Positions 27,810 to 37,008 of a stretch of DNA of 64,000 bases are shown in pieces; the stretch's first letter is position 1; every line of letters begins with the position of its first letter. This DNA comes from Nocardioides sp. (lineage in GTDB: Bacteria > Actinomycetota > Actinomycetes > Propionibacteriales > Nocardioidaceae). The stretch spans positions 76,680 to 140,679 of the forward strand of contig NZ_JAWKJQ010000006.1 in assembly GCF_041393715.1 (NCBI RefSeq). Reading direction: 5' to 3'. A program made the position numbers and the translations under genes. The notes beneath the pieces are model-generated. The model was given only the letters and a program-made list of their open reading frames with translations. It made no database searches and had not been told where the DNA came from.

Positions 27810-28729
27810 GTGCCGCCGGCCTGCCCGTCGACGTCACCGCCGAGGTGGCCGACGCCTTGGCCGACGGCCGCCCGGTGGTGGCGCTGGAGAGCACGATCAT
27901 CAGCCACGGGATGCCCTACCCCCAGAACGTCGCGATGGCGGTCGAGGTCGAAGGCATCGTCCGCGACGCCGGCGCGGTGCCCGCGACCATCGCGGTGCTC
28001 GACGGGCGTCCCCTGGTCGGGCTGGACCGCGACCAGCTGGAGGTGCTCGCCTCCGACGGCTCGGTGGCCAAGGCCAGCGTGCGCGACCTGCCCGTGTTGG
28101 CGGCGCAACGACGACACGGCGCCACCACGGTCGCCGCGACGATGCGGCTGGCGGCGCTGGCCGGCATCCGGGTCTTCGTGACCGGCGGCCTGGGCGGCGT
28201 GCACCGCGGGGCGCAGCAGAGCTTCGACATCTCCGCCGACCTCACCGAGCTGGCCCGCACCCCCGTCGCCGTGGTGTGCGCGGGGGTGAAGTCGATCCTC
28301 GACATCGGGCTCACCCTCGAGGCGCTGGAGACCCTCGGCGTGCCGGTGCTGGGGGTCGGCACCGAGGAGTTCCCGTCGTTCTACTCCCGCACCAGCGGCT
28401 TCCGCGCTCCCACCCGCGTCGACGGCGCCGACGAGATCGCCCGGGTGATGCGCGCCCAGTGGGCCCTCGGGCTGCCCGGCGGCCTGGTGGTCGCCAACCC
28501 GATCCCGCCCGCCGACGAGATCCCCGCGGAGGAGATCGGCGGCGTGATCGAGGAGGCGTTGGCCGACCTCGACCGGCTGGGGATCGGCGGCCAGGCCGCG
28601 ACGCCGTACCTCCTGGGACGCATCGTCGAGCTCACCGGTGGGGGCAGCCTGACCGCCAACATCGCGCTGGTGAGGAACAACGCCCGGCTCGGCGCCGCCG
28701 TGGCCGCGGCCTACGCCGAGCGGCGATAG
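27806..28729 (+). CDS. psuG: Pseudouridine-5'-phosphate glycosidase
   Basis: VALESTIISHGMPYPQN, GATTVAATM, TGGLGGVHRG, DISADL, GVKSILD. Confidence 0.95.
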   Translation: MSAAGLPVDVTAEVADALADGRPVVALESTIISHGMPYPQNVAMAVEVEGIVRDAGAVPATIAVLDGRPLVGLDRDQLEVLASDGSVAKASVRDLPVLAAQRRHGATTVAATMRLAALAGIRVFVTGGLGGVHRGAQQSFDISADLTELARTPVAVVCAGVKSILDIGLTLEALETLGVPVLGVGTEEFPSFYSRTSGFRAPTRVDGADEIARVMRAQWALGLPGGLVVANPIPPADEIPAEEIGGVIEEALADLDRLGIGGQAATPYLLGRIVELTGGGSLTANIALVRNNARLGAAVAAAYAERR

Positions 28730-28789
28730 TCCGCTACGTTCGGCACCACTTCCGGGCCTCCGACTGGTGCCGAACGTGGCGGACTATCG
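28724..28789. repeat. REP-like inverted-repeat doublet, copy 2
   Basis: Same 24-bp arms as 2661-2726 (one mismatch) with a different 18-nt spacer. Confidence 0.85.
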
Positions 28790-28790
28790 G

Positions 28791-29606
28791 TCACCGCAGC
28801 GACGCGAACACGTCGTCGAGCAGCGGGCCGGACGGGGTGCGGCCCACCTCGCGGAACCACTCGCGACCGGCGACCAGCGTGAAGACCGGCCGCGGCAGCC
28901 CGAGCAGCAGGGAGAGCGTGCGCGAGCCGGTGCCGGGGCCACCGGCCTGGCTGGCGTGCGCGGTGAGGGCGGCCCGCTTCGCGGCCAGGTGCGGGCGTAC
29001 GTCGACCCGGTGGGTGAGCGCGGCATGCGGGGAGTAGAGCCGGCTCCCCTCGGGCAGCTGGGGCATCGGCAGCACCCGGCCGGCCACCCGCAGCGCCGAC
29101 ACCAGGGGGCCGAACAGCCGCCGGTCCAGGGTCGCCTCCAACAGCACCGGCGTGCCTGCCCCAGCGGCGGCGAGCGCGGCGACCCGATGCACCTGCACGT
29201 GGTCGGCGTGGCCGTAGCCGCCGTGGACGTCGTACGACGTGAGCACGTCGGCCGCCTCCTCCACCAGCAGGTCGGCCAGCCGGCCGGCCACCTCGGCCGG
29301 GTCGGTGCGCGCGAAGCAGGCGCCGCCCACCCGGGCGTCGAACCCGGAGTCGGGATAGCCCAGCACCTCCACCCGGGCCACCCCCAGCGCCGCCGCAGCC
29401 TCGCTCAGCTCGGCTCGGCGTCGCTCACCGAGCGACCCCTCGTCGGCAGCCAGTCCGGCCTCGCCGGCCGTCGCGACGACCAGCACCACCCGATGGCCCT
29501 CGGCCGCCGCCCTCGCGAGCGTGCCGCCGGTGAGCAGCGCCTCGTCGTCGGGGTGGGCGTGGAAGGAGACCAGGGTGAAGCGCCGGTGCCCTGCGGCCGG
29601 CGTCAC
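28791..29606 (-). CDS. PIG-L/MshB-family N-acetylglucosaminyl deacetylase
   Basis: FHAHPDDE zinc motif, GGYGHADH. Confidence 0.9.
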   Translation of the reverse strand: MTPAAGHRRFTLVSFHAHPDDEALLTGGTLARAAAEGHRVVLVVATAGEAGLAADEGSLGERRRAELSEAAAALGVARVEVLGYPDSGFDARVGGACFARTDPAEVAGRLADLLVEEAADVLTSYDVHGGYGHADHVQVHRVAALAAAGAGTPVLLEATLDRRLFGPLVSALRVAGRVLPMPQLPEGSRLYSPHAALTHRVDVRPHLAAKRAALTAHASQAGGPGTGSRTLSLLLGLPRPVFTLVAGREWFREVGRTPSGPLLDDVFASLR

Positions 29607-29613
29607 GAGGGGG

Positions 29614-30762
29614 TCACCTCAGCGTGGTCCCGCCGAGCACCATGCTCCAGGCGCCGGCCGGGGCACGGGCCGCCGCGACCGCGCGCTCGTAGAGCTGCTC
29701 GCTGAGGTCGCAGGCGCGGGCCCAGTCGTGGGTCGGCGGCACCGCGGTGTTGTGCTCGGCCATTGCCCGGCGCAGCCGGTCGTCGGTGAGCAGGCTGGTC
29801 AGCGCGGTCGCCAGGCCGGCGTCGTCGGGGGCGAGCAACCCCTCCACACCCTGGGCCACGAAGTCGCCGACCCCGCCCCAGCTGCTGGCCACGACCGGGA
29901 CGCCGGCGGCCCGCGCCTCCAACGCCGCGATGCCAAACGACTCCAGCTCGGCCGGTGCGACGAAGACGTCCGCGGAGCGGAGCAGGCTGCGGATCGCCGG
30001 CCGGTCCATCCGGCCCGGCAGCGTCACCCACGCGTCGTCGCCGTGTCGGGCCAGGACCCGGCGCATCGCGCGCTCCCGTGGCCCGGCACCGACCACGACC
30101 GCCTCCAGCGCCCGCTCGGCCGGGACCTGCGCGCGCACGCGGTGCAGGATCTCGGCCAGCTCGACGGCCCGCTTGACCCGGGTCAGCCGCATCACCGCCA
30201 CGATCCGCAGCGGCCCGTCGGCGGCGGACTCCCGCCCAGGAGCGCTCGGCGGGCGCCAGGCATCGACGTCGATCGCGTTGCCGAGCACCGCCACCGGGAT
30301 CTCGGGACCGAGCATCTCGCGCAGCGGCTCGGCCGCGGCGTCGCTCACCGCCGACCAGACCAGCGGCCAGGCGCGCAGCCGCAGCAGCTCGCGGGCCAGC
30401 CCCGGGAGCGGGCCGAGGCGCGTCCACATCGAGTGGATCGTCACCAGCGTCGGGACGCCCGCCGACACCAGCCGGCGCGCCGCCAGGGTGGCGAACGGCG
30501 ACCAGACCGAGACGTGCAGGTGGACGGCGTCGTAGCGCCCCTCCTTGACGAGCTCCACGAGCCCCCGTTGCGCCCCGAGGGGGCCACCCTCCAGCCGACG
30601 GACGTACGCCGGCTCGGCGGCGCCCTCGGCGGGCGGCGTGATCGTGGCGACCTCCGCCTCGATGCCCCGGGCCCGCTGCTCGCGCAACAGGTCGGAGACG
30701 TGGACCTCGATGCCACCGAGGCGCGGGAGGTAGGCGTCGGTGACGTGGAGCACCCGCCTCAT
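29614..30762 (-). CDS. Glycosyltransferase family 4
   Basis: YLPRLGGIEVHV N-terminus, ESFGIAALEA (EX7E); ATGA overlap with upstream gene. Confidence 0.9.
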   Translation of the reverse strand: MRRVLHVTDAYLPRLGGIEVHVSDLLREQRARGIEAEVATITPPAEGAAEPAYVRRLEGGPLGAQRGLVELVKEGRYDAVHLHVSVWSPFATLAARRLVSAGVPTLVTIHSMWTRLGPLPGLARELLRLRAWPLVWSAVSDAAAEPLREMLGPEIPVAVLGNAIDVDAWRPPSAPGRESAADGPLRIVAVMRLTRVKRAVELAEILHRVRAQVPAERALEAVVVGAGPRERAMRRVLARHGDDAWVTLPGRMDRPAIRSLLRSADVFVAPAELESFGIAALEARAAGVPVVASSWGGVGDFVAQGVEGLLAPDDAGLATALTSLLTDDRLRRAMAEHNTAVPPTHDWARACDLSEQLYERAVAAARAPAGAWSMVLGGTTLR

Positions 30763-31832
30763 GCGGCCTCCTGCAGCTCGGCCTCGAGGTCCTCGACCGG
30801 CTCGCCGGCCCGACGACGCGCCCACAGCCAGGCCGCGACCCCGGCGCCGCCCACCGGGATCTCCAGACCGAAGGTGATCGCGCGGTAGAGCAGCACCCCG
30901 GCGACCACGCCGGCCGGGTCGCCGCCGAGCACCAGCAGCACGCCGGTGAGCCCGAGCTCGACGATGCCGGCGCCACCGGGCGTGAGGCCGGCCAGGGTGA
31001 GCATCCGCTCCACGGCCAGCCCGACGAGCACCACCACGGGAGAGACCCCGGCGCCGGTGAGCCAGAGGCAGGCGCCCAGCAGCAGGCCCAGCGAGGCGGC
31101 GTACAGGCCCACGCCGAGCGACAGCCGCAACCACGACGCGCGCACCACCCGGCTGCAACCCTGCTGCAGCTCGACCAGCGCGGTCTCCAGATCGGTGTCG
31201 CGACCGAGGCGCGCCAGCGCGACGTCGAGCAGCCGACCGAGCCGACCGGCCGCCACCGGGCTGGCCAGCACCGCCACGGCCACGCCCAGCACCAGCGCCA
31301 CGACGGCGGCCAGGGTGAGCACCGCGTGGAACCACTGCCCGGTCACCACGCTCGACGTGAGGGCCAGCAGCGGGAGCGCCACCACGACCAGCACCAGCTT
31401 GGCGAGGACGTCCCAGACGTTCGTCACCACCGTGTAGGTCGCGAACTGCTGCCGGGTGAACCCCCACGTCCGGACCATCCGGTAGTTCAGCGCCACACCC
31501 GCGGCTCCGCCCAGGGGGAGCACGTTGGCGACGGCGCTGCCGGTGAGGCTGAGGGTGAGCGCCCGCCGGTGGGTCAGCCGGGGAAGCGCAGCGGTCAACG
31601 TCAGCGTGTGCAGCAGCAGTCCGCCGATCCACAGCACCAGGAGCGCGGCGAGCGCCCGTGCGGGGAGCGACGAGACGACGGCCTGGACGGCTCTGAGCGA
31701 GACACCGGACACCGAGGGCAGCGCGAAGGCGAGCAACGCGACCGCGAGCAGGATCCCACCGACGTAGCGCCATCGGACCCGGACCCCCGGGCGCCTGCTC
31801 CCCCGCGCCGTCACCGGCTGTGCGACCGACAT
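30759..31832 (-). CDS. Lysylphosphatidylglycerol-synthase-TM/flippase-like membrane protein (UPF0104-like)
   Basis: Multi-TM; NVLPLGGAAG, TPGGAGIVE, LLYRAITF; CATGAT 6 nt before ATG. Confidence 0.82.
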   Translation of the reverse strand: MSVAQPVTARGSRRPGVRVRWRYVGGILLAVALLAFALPSVSGVSLRAVQAVVSSLPARALAALLVLWIGGLLLHTLTLTAALPRLTHRRALTLSLTGSAVANVLPLGGAAGVALNYRMVRTWGFTRQQFATYTVVTNVWDVLAKLVLVVVALPLLALTSSVVTGQWFHAVLTLAAVVALVLGVAVAVLASPVAAGRLGRLLDVALARLGRDTDLETALVELQQGCSRVVRASWLRLSLGVGLYAASLGLLLGACLWLTGAGVSPVVVLVGLAVERMLTLAGLTPGGAGIVELGLTGVLLVLGGDPAGVVAGVLLYRAITFGLEIPVGGAGVAAWLWARRRAGEPVEDLEAELQEAA

Positions 31833-31943
31833 ACTCCGATCATGCCGCACCCGGCCTGTGGCGAGCCTGAGAGGACCCGAAACGTCGCGTCCCGGCCACC
31901 CGGCGGTCGGTTCGGACCCGGTCCGGTCGGTAGCCTGGCCGCC

Positions 31944-33092
31944 GTGACACGACCGCCACTCCGCTCCTGGCCGCCCACCGACCGACGACTCCGCGAGGGG
32001 TCTCCCCAGGGCGACGACGGTGCCGCCGACGTCGAGACCGACCTGCGCTGGGTGTGGCGCCTGTGGGCGGTCGTCGTGGTCTTCGCGCTGGTGGCGATCT
32101 GGCGGTCCATGGTGATGGGGATCCCGTTCCGCGACCCTCGAGGCGAGTGGCTGAGCCATCGGGTCGCCTTCACCAGCGGCATCGTGCTGGTGCTGGTGGT
32201 CGTCGACGGCGGCTGGCGGTCGTGGCAGTCGGGCCGCTCGCTGCGGGGCACCTTCGGGGCGATCCGGCGCCGTTGGACGGTCCGCCGGGTGGCGCTGCTG
32301 CTGGCCGGACTGGCGGCCTACCACACGATCTACTTCAGCTACCACAACCTGAAGAGCTGGCTGGTCTTCCGACCCACCCACGACGACCTCCTGGCCCGAT
32401 GGGACACCTGGCTCTTCCTCGGCCACGACCCAGCGGCACTGCTCCACGGGCTGCTCGGAGAGGGGTGGGCGACCTGGGCGCTCATCGCCGTCTACGAGTC
32501 GTTCCCGTCGTTCGTGTCGTTCGCGTTCCCGGCCGCGCTGGTGCTGGCCGACCGGATGCGACACGGCTACGTCTACATCGCGTCCGCGGCGTGGGTGTGG
32601 ATCTTCGGCACGCTCAGCTACTACGCGATCCCGTCGTTCGGCCCGTTCCACGAGACCCCCGCGACCTTCGCCGCGCTCCCCCACTCGATCGTCACCGACA
32701 CCCAGGCGAAGTACGTCGCCCAGCGTGCCTACCTGCTCGCCCACCCGGAGGCCTCCGACGCCGCCGCCCAGATCGCGGCGTTCGCCAGCCTCCACGTGGG
32801 GGTGTCCACGGTCATCTGGCTGATGCTCCGCTACTACGGGTTCCGCCGGATCGGCGTGGTGTGGGCGATCTACCTCGGGCTCACGATGGTCGCCACCGTC
32901 TATCTCGGCTGGCACTACGTCCTCGACGACATCGTCGGCTTCGCGATGGCAGCCGCCGCGGTGTGGCTGGGCATCCGCACCATCTACCCCCGCGGGTACG
33001 TCGACCGGTCCGGGGCCCCGGCCCGGTCCGAGCTCGTGGCGGAGGGCAGTCCCCCGGGCGGCGGACCGCTCAGTCCGCCATCGGCACCCTGA
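31944..33092 (+). CDS. PAP2-superfamily multi-TM protein (Aur1/IPC-synthase-like), paralog of 8547..9587
   Basis: SYHNLKSWL, AFASLH, GWHYVLDD; TAGCCT 7 nt before GTG. Confidence 0.82.
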   Translation: MTRPPLRSWPPTDRRLREGSPQGDDGAADVETDLRWVWRLWAVVVVFALVAIWRSMVMGIPFRDPRGEWLSHRVAFTSGIVLVLVVVDGGWRSWQSGRSLRGTFGAIRRRWTVRRVALLLAGLAAYHTIYFSYHNLKSWLVFRPTHDDLLARWDTWLFLGHDPAALLHGLLGEGWATWALIAVYESFPSFVSFAFPAALVLADRMRHGYVYIASAAWVWIFGTLSYYAIPSFGPFHETPATFAALPHSIVTDTQAKYVAQRAYLLAHPEASDAAAQIAAFASLHVGVSTVIWLMLRYYGFRRIGVVWAIYLGLTMVATVYLGWHYVLDDIVGFAMAAAAVWLGIRTIYPRGYVDRSGAPARSELVAEGSPPGGGPLSPPSAP

Positions 33093-34449
33093 CGTCCACG
33101 CCACCCTCGGGCGTCACCCGGTCGCGCATCTTCGCCACCACGGGCAGCCCGACGAACCCGCCGGCGACCAGCGCCTCGCCCTGCACGAAACGCGACGCCT
33201 GGTCGAGCAGCTGCCGGGGCACGAAACCGAACGCCCGGGCCAGCTCGTCGAGGTCGGCCGGGCTGTTCATCCGCATCAGGGTGAGGTTGTCGCACTGGCT
33301 CAGCACGCCGGAGTGGATCTTCGACGGGCGCTGGGTCGACAGCAACAGCCACAGGCCGTACTTGCGGCCCTCGGCCGCGATCTGGATCAGCAGGTCGCGC
33401 ACCGCCACCCCGAGCGGGGTGTCGGGCTCGGGCGGGCAGAAGTTGTGCGCCTCGTCGAAGACGAGCAGCACCGGGCGACGCTGGCCACGCTTCTCCCACA
33501 GGTCCTCGAGCACGGCCAGCGCGATCGCGAGCTGCTCCTCGTGCCGGTCGTACTGACCGAGGTCCAGGACGGTCGCCGCGGGCCGCTCCTCGATCAGATC
33601 GGTGGCACAGGCACCACCCAGCGACCAGGTGCCGGTCCAGTCGAGAACACCGAGGTTCTCGACGCGCTGCGCCAAGGTCTCCACGCCCGGTTCGCCCGAG
33701 GACCTGAGCTGGTCGATGAAGTCGTCGGCGTGGTCGTAGAAGCTGCCCACGAGCCGCACGAAGGTGTTGTACTCCGCCCGGTCGAGGATCGGGTCCATCC
33801 GCAGCACCGCGGCCTGGTGCTTGACGCTGAGCTTGCGGAACTGCACGCGCAGCGGATGGTCGGGGTCGTCGGGACGCAGCACCACGACGTCGCGCTCCGC
33901 CAGGGTCGCCGCCTCGGCCGGGTCCGCACCGGGCCGGGTCTCCCCGAGGCCGACGTAGTCGCTGTTGGGGTCGAACACCACGATCGGGAGCCGGGTGGCG
34001 CTGAGCAGCCGCTTGAGGGCCACGCCGAGCGCATAGGTCTTGCCGGAGCCACTCTGCCCGCACCAGAACGTGTGCCGGTTCATCTTGCCGGCCACCAGAC
34101 CGACCGAGGCGTCGGGGATCCCGACCACGCGGCCCAGATGCAGCTGTGGGTCCGGTCCGGCGAGCAGCTCGGCGACGCGTTCGGCGGGCGCGGGGGCGAC
34201 CGTCACCTCGCGCCTCGCGCGCCCGGCCGGCGCGCCGCCGGCGGTCGCCTGCCGCGCGGTCACCAGGCGTGACCCGTCGGCCGCCGCCGGGCCGACGTGC
34301 TCGACGTAGCCGATCAGCGAGCCCTCCTCGGACGCGATCTCGACGAGCTCACCGGCCGCCGGTGTCTCACCGGTGATCCGGAGCAGCAGCTGGCGCCCGT
34401 CGGGGGGCGACCCGCGCCCGGCGGGGGGGGGTGGGGTGGGGGTGCTCAC
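33070..34449 (-). CDS. HerA/DUF87-like P-loop ATPase
   Basis: Walker A GQSGSGKT, Walker B LVFDEAHNF, EGRKYG and STQRPS motifs. Confidence 0.85.
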   Translation of the reverse strand: MSTPTPPPPAGRGSPPDGRQLLLRITGETPAAGELVEIASEEGSLIGYVEHVGPAAADGSRLVTARQATAGGAPAGRARREVTVAPAPAERVAELLAGPDPQLHLGRVVGIPDASVGLVAGKMNRHTFWCGQSGSGKTYALGVALKRLLSATRLPIVVFDPNSDYVGLGETRPGADPAEAATLAERDVVVLRPDDPDHPLRVQFRKLSVKHQAAVLRMDPILDRAEYNTFVRLVGSFYDHADDFIDQLRSSGEPGVETLAQRVENLGVLDWTGTWSLGGACATDLIEERPAATVLDLGQYDRHEEQLAIALAVLEDLWEKRGQRRPVLLVFDEAHNFCPPEPDTPLGVAVRDLLIQIAAEGRKYGLWLLLSTQRPSKIHSGVLSQCDNLTLMRMNSPADLDELARAFGFVPRQLLDQASRFVQGEALVAGGFVGLPVVAKMRDRVTPEGGVDVRVPMAD

Positions 34450-34570
34450 CCGCCGATGATGACACCGGAGGCGGGGACCAGAAAGGGAGGGCATCCGGGA
34501 GCCGCCGCCACAACGTCGCCGACCCTCGGGGCGAGCCGCCACCGCCGCGGCCACCTGATCGGCCATCCTG

Positions 34571-35233
34571 GTGCCTGTGAGCGACCGCGAGAGCCGACCC
34601 GAGGACGACACCGAGAGCCGGAGCGCCGGCTGGCGGGAGCTGGTAGCGGTGCTGCTGCTGTCGGTCACCGCCATCGCCACCGCCTGGACCGGCTTCCAGG
34701 CCAGCAAGTGGGGCGGCGCGATGTCGATCTCCTTCTCCGAGGCGTCGTCCAGCCGGATCGCGGCCAGCCGCTTCGAGTCGACCGCGCGCTCCAAGCAGTC
34801 GGTGCAGGTGTCCCTGTTCACCACCTGGCTGCAGGCCTACCAGGCCGACGACAAGGAGCTGACCGACTTCCTCCAGCAGCGGTTCCCGGAGCCGCTGAAG
34901 AGCGCGTTCGACGCCTGGCTGGCCACCGAGCCGGTGCAGAACCCCGACGCGCCGGCGACCCCCTTCGAGATGGAGGAGTACGTCCTCCCCGAGCTGGCCT
35001 CCGCCCAGGAGGCCGATGCCCGCGCCGACGCGAAGTTCGCGGAGGCGCTGCGCAACAACCAGCGCGGCGACAACTACACGGTCCTCACCATCGGGTTCGC
35101 GACCGTGCTGTTCTTCGCGGCGCTCTCCGGACGGATGCGCCGGCTGGGCGCCCAGTGGGCGCTGCTCGGGCTGGGCGTCGTCGGTTTCGTGGTGCTGACC
35201 AGCACGCTGCTCACCTTCCCCAAGCTGGTCTAG
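34571..35233 (+). CDS. Hypothetical membrane protein (about 3 TM helices)
   Basis: Hydrophobic segments at the N- and C-termini; protein-like composition. Confidence 0.72.
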   Translation: MPVSDRESRPEDDTESRSAGWRELVAVLLLSVTAIATAWTGFQASKWGGAMSISFSEASSSRIAASRFESTARSKQSVQVSLFTTWLQAYQADDKELTDFLQQRFPEPLKSAFDAWLATEPVQNPDAPATPFEMEEYVLPELASAQEADARADAKFAEALRNNQRGDNYTVLTIGFATVLFFAALSGRMRRLGAQWALLGLGVVGFVVLTSTLLTFPKLV

Positions 35234-35327
35234 CCGCACGGGCGGGCGCCCCACCGACACCCCCGGGGGTATGGCGGAGCCGGTGCCGCCGGGCGAGGGT
35301 GGGAGGACCTACTCGGAGGAGGACCCG

Positions 35328-36875
35328 ATGGCGACCCCCGAACCCGGCCCGGCCGGAGCCGCCGACCACGGTGCACGAGGAGCCTTCTCCTCCCGGACCG
35401 TCTTCATCCTCGCCGCCATCGGGTCGGCCGTCGGGCTCGGCAACATCTGGCGCTTCCCCTACGTCGCCTACGAGAACGGCGGCGGCGCCTTCGTGCTGCC
35501 CTACCTGGTCGCGCTCCTCGTCGCCGGCCTCCCGTTCCTGCTGCTGGACTATGCGCTCGGGCACCGCTACCGCGGCTCGGCGCCGTTGTCCTTCGCCCGC
35601 GCGGGCCGACGCAGCGAGCCGATCGGGTGGTGGCAGGTGGGCATCTGCTTCGTGATCGCGGTCTACTACGCCGCGGTCATCGCCTGGGCGCTGCGCTACA
35701 CGTTCTTCTCCGTCGACCAGGCGTGGGGCGCGGACCCCGAGTCGTTCTTCTTCGGCTCGTTCCTGCAGGTCGGCGACCCCGGCGTGAGCATCGACCTGGT
35801 GCCCGGTGTCGCGGTGCCGCTGCTGCTGGTCTGGGTCACGGTGCTGGCGGTGATGGCACTCGGCGTCGAGAAGGGCATCGGCGCGACCGCGGTCGTCTTC
35901 ATCCCGTTGCTGATCATCGCGTTCCTGGTGCTAGTGGTCCGCTCGCTCTTCCTCACCGGGGCGGGTGCCGGCCTCGACGCGCTGTTCAGCCCCCAGTGGG
36001 GCGCGTTGACCGACACCGGCGTGTGGGCGGCAGCCTTCGGGCAGATCTTCTTCTCGCTGTCCGTGGGCTTCGGGATCATGATCACCTACGCGTCGTACGT
36101 CGGCCGGCGCACCGACATGACCGGGTCGGGCCTGGTCGTCGGGCTCTCCAACTGCAGCTTCGAGCTGCTGGCCGGCATCGGCGTCTTCGCTGCCCTGGGG
36201 TTCATGGCGCAGGCCAACGGAGTGGGCGTCGACCAGGTGGCCTCCGACGGCATCGGGCTGGCCTTCATCGCCTTCCCCGCGATCATCAACGAGGCGCCCG
36301 GCGGCGCGGTGATCGGACTGCTGTTCTTCGGCAGCCTGGTCTTCGCCGGGCTCACCTCGCTGGTCAGCGTGATCGAGGTCGTCATCTCCGCGGTCCGCGA
36401 CAAGTTCGAGACCGGCCGGCTGACCGCGACCCTGGCGGTCGGCGTGCCGACGGCGGTGCTGAGCCTGCTGATGTTCAGCACCACCAGCGGCATCTACGTC
36501 CTCGACATCGTCGACCACTTCATCAACCGCTTCGGCATCCTGCTGGTGGCCGTGGTGAGCATGCTGGTGCTCGCCTGGGCGCTGCGGGCGCTCCCGGGTC
36601 TCGCCGGGCACCTCAACCGCACCGGCTCGGTGCCGCTCGGCGCCTGGTGGCGGGTGATGCTGGCGTTCGTGACGCCGCTGGTGCTGAGCTTCATCCTCGT
36701 CCAGGAGCTGTGGGACGCGGTCACCGAGCCCTACGAGGGCTATCCGGCCTGGATGCTCGGGGTCTTCGGCTGGGGCGTGTGCGTGGCCGTCGTGGTGGCG
36801 GCGTTCGTCATCGCGATGGTGCGATGGCGCGACGGGACACCGTTGACTCCGGTCCAGGAAGGCGGCGAGTTCTGA
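35328..36875 (+). CDS. Sodium-dependent NSS-family amino acid transporter (MetP-like)
   Basis: GSAVGLGNIWRFPY, QIFFSLSVGFG; strong GGAGGAGG RBS. Confidence 0.93.
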   Translation: MATPEPGPAGAADHGARGAFSSRTVFILAAIGSAVGLGNIWRFPYVAYENGGGAFVLPYLVALLVAGLPFLLLDYALGHRYRGSAPLSFARAGRRSEPIGWWQVGICFVIAVYYAAVIAWALRYTFFSVDQAWGADPESFFFGSFLQVGDPGVSIDLVPGVAVPLLLVWVTVLAVMALGVEKGIGATAVVFIPLLIIAFLVLVVRSLFLTGAGAGLDALFSPQWGALTDTGVWAAAFGQIFFSLSVGFGIMITYASYVGRRTDMTGSGLVVGLSNCSFELLAGIGVFAALGFMAQANGVGVDQVASDGIGLAFIAFPAIINEAPGGAVIGLLFFGSLVFAGLTSLVSVIEVVISAVRDKFETGRLTATLAVGVPTAVLSLLMFSTTSGIYVLDIVDHFINRFGILLVAVVSMLVLAWALRALPGLAGHLNRTGSVPLGAWWRVMLAFVTPLVLSFILVQELWDAVTEPYEGYPAWMLGVFGWGVCVAVVVAAFVIAMVRWRDGTPLTPVQEGGEF

Positions 36876-37003
36876 TGAGCAGCGCTGCGATCGTGATGAT
36901 GCTGCTGGCCATGCTGGTGCTCTGGGGTGGCCTCGTCGCCGCCATCGTCAACCTCCGTCGCGGCGAGACGCCCGACCTCGAGGACGTGCACCGCGACCTG
37001 TGA
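36875..37003 (+). CDS. Small subunit of methionine/alanine NSS importer (MetS-like)
   Basis: 42-aa single-TM peptide with LWGGL motif; TGATG overlap with the transporter. Confidence 0.8.
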   Translation: MSSAAIVMMLLAMLVLWGGLVAAIVNLRRGETPDLEDVHRDL

Positions 37004-37008
37004 GCGGC

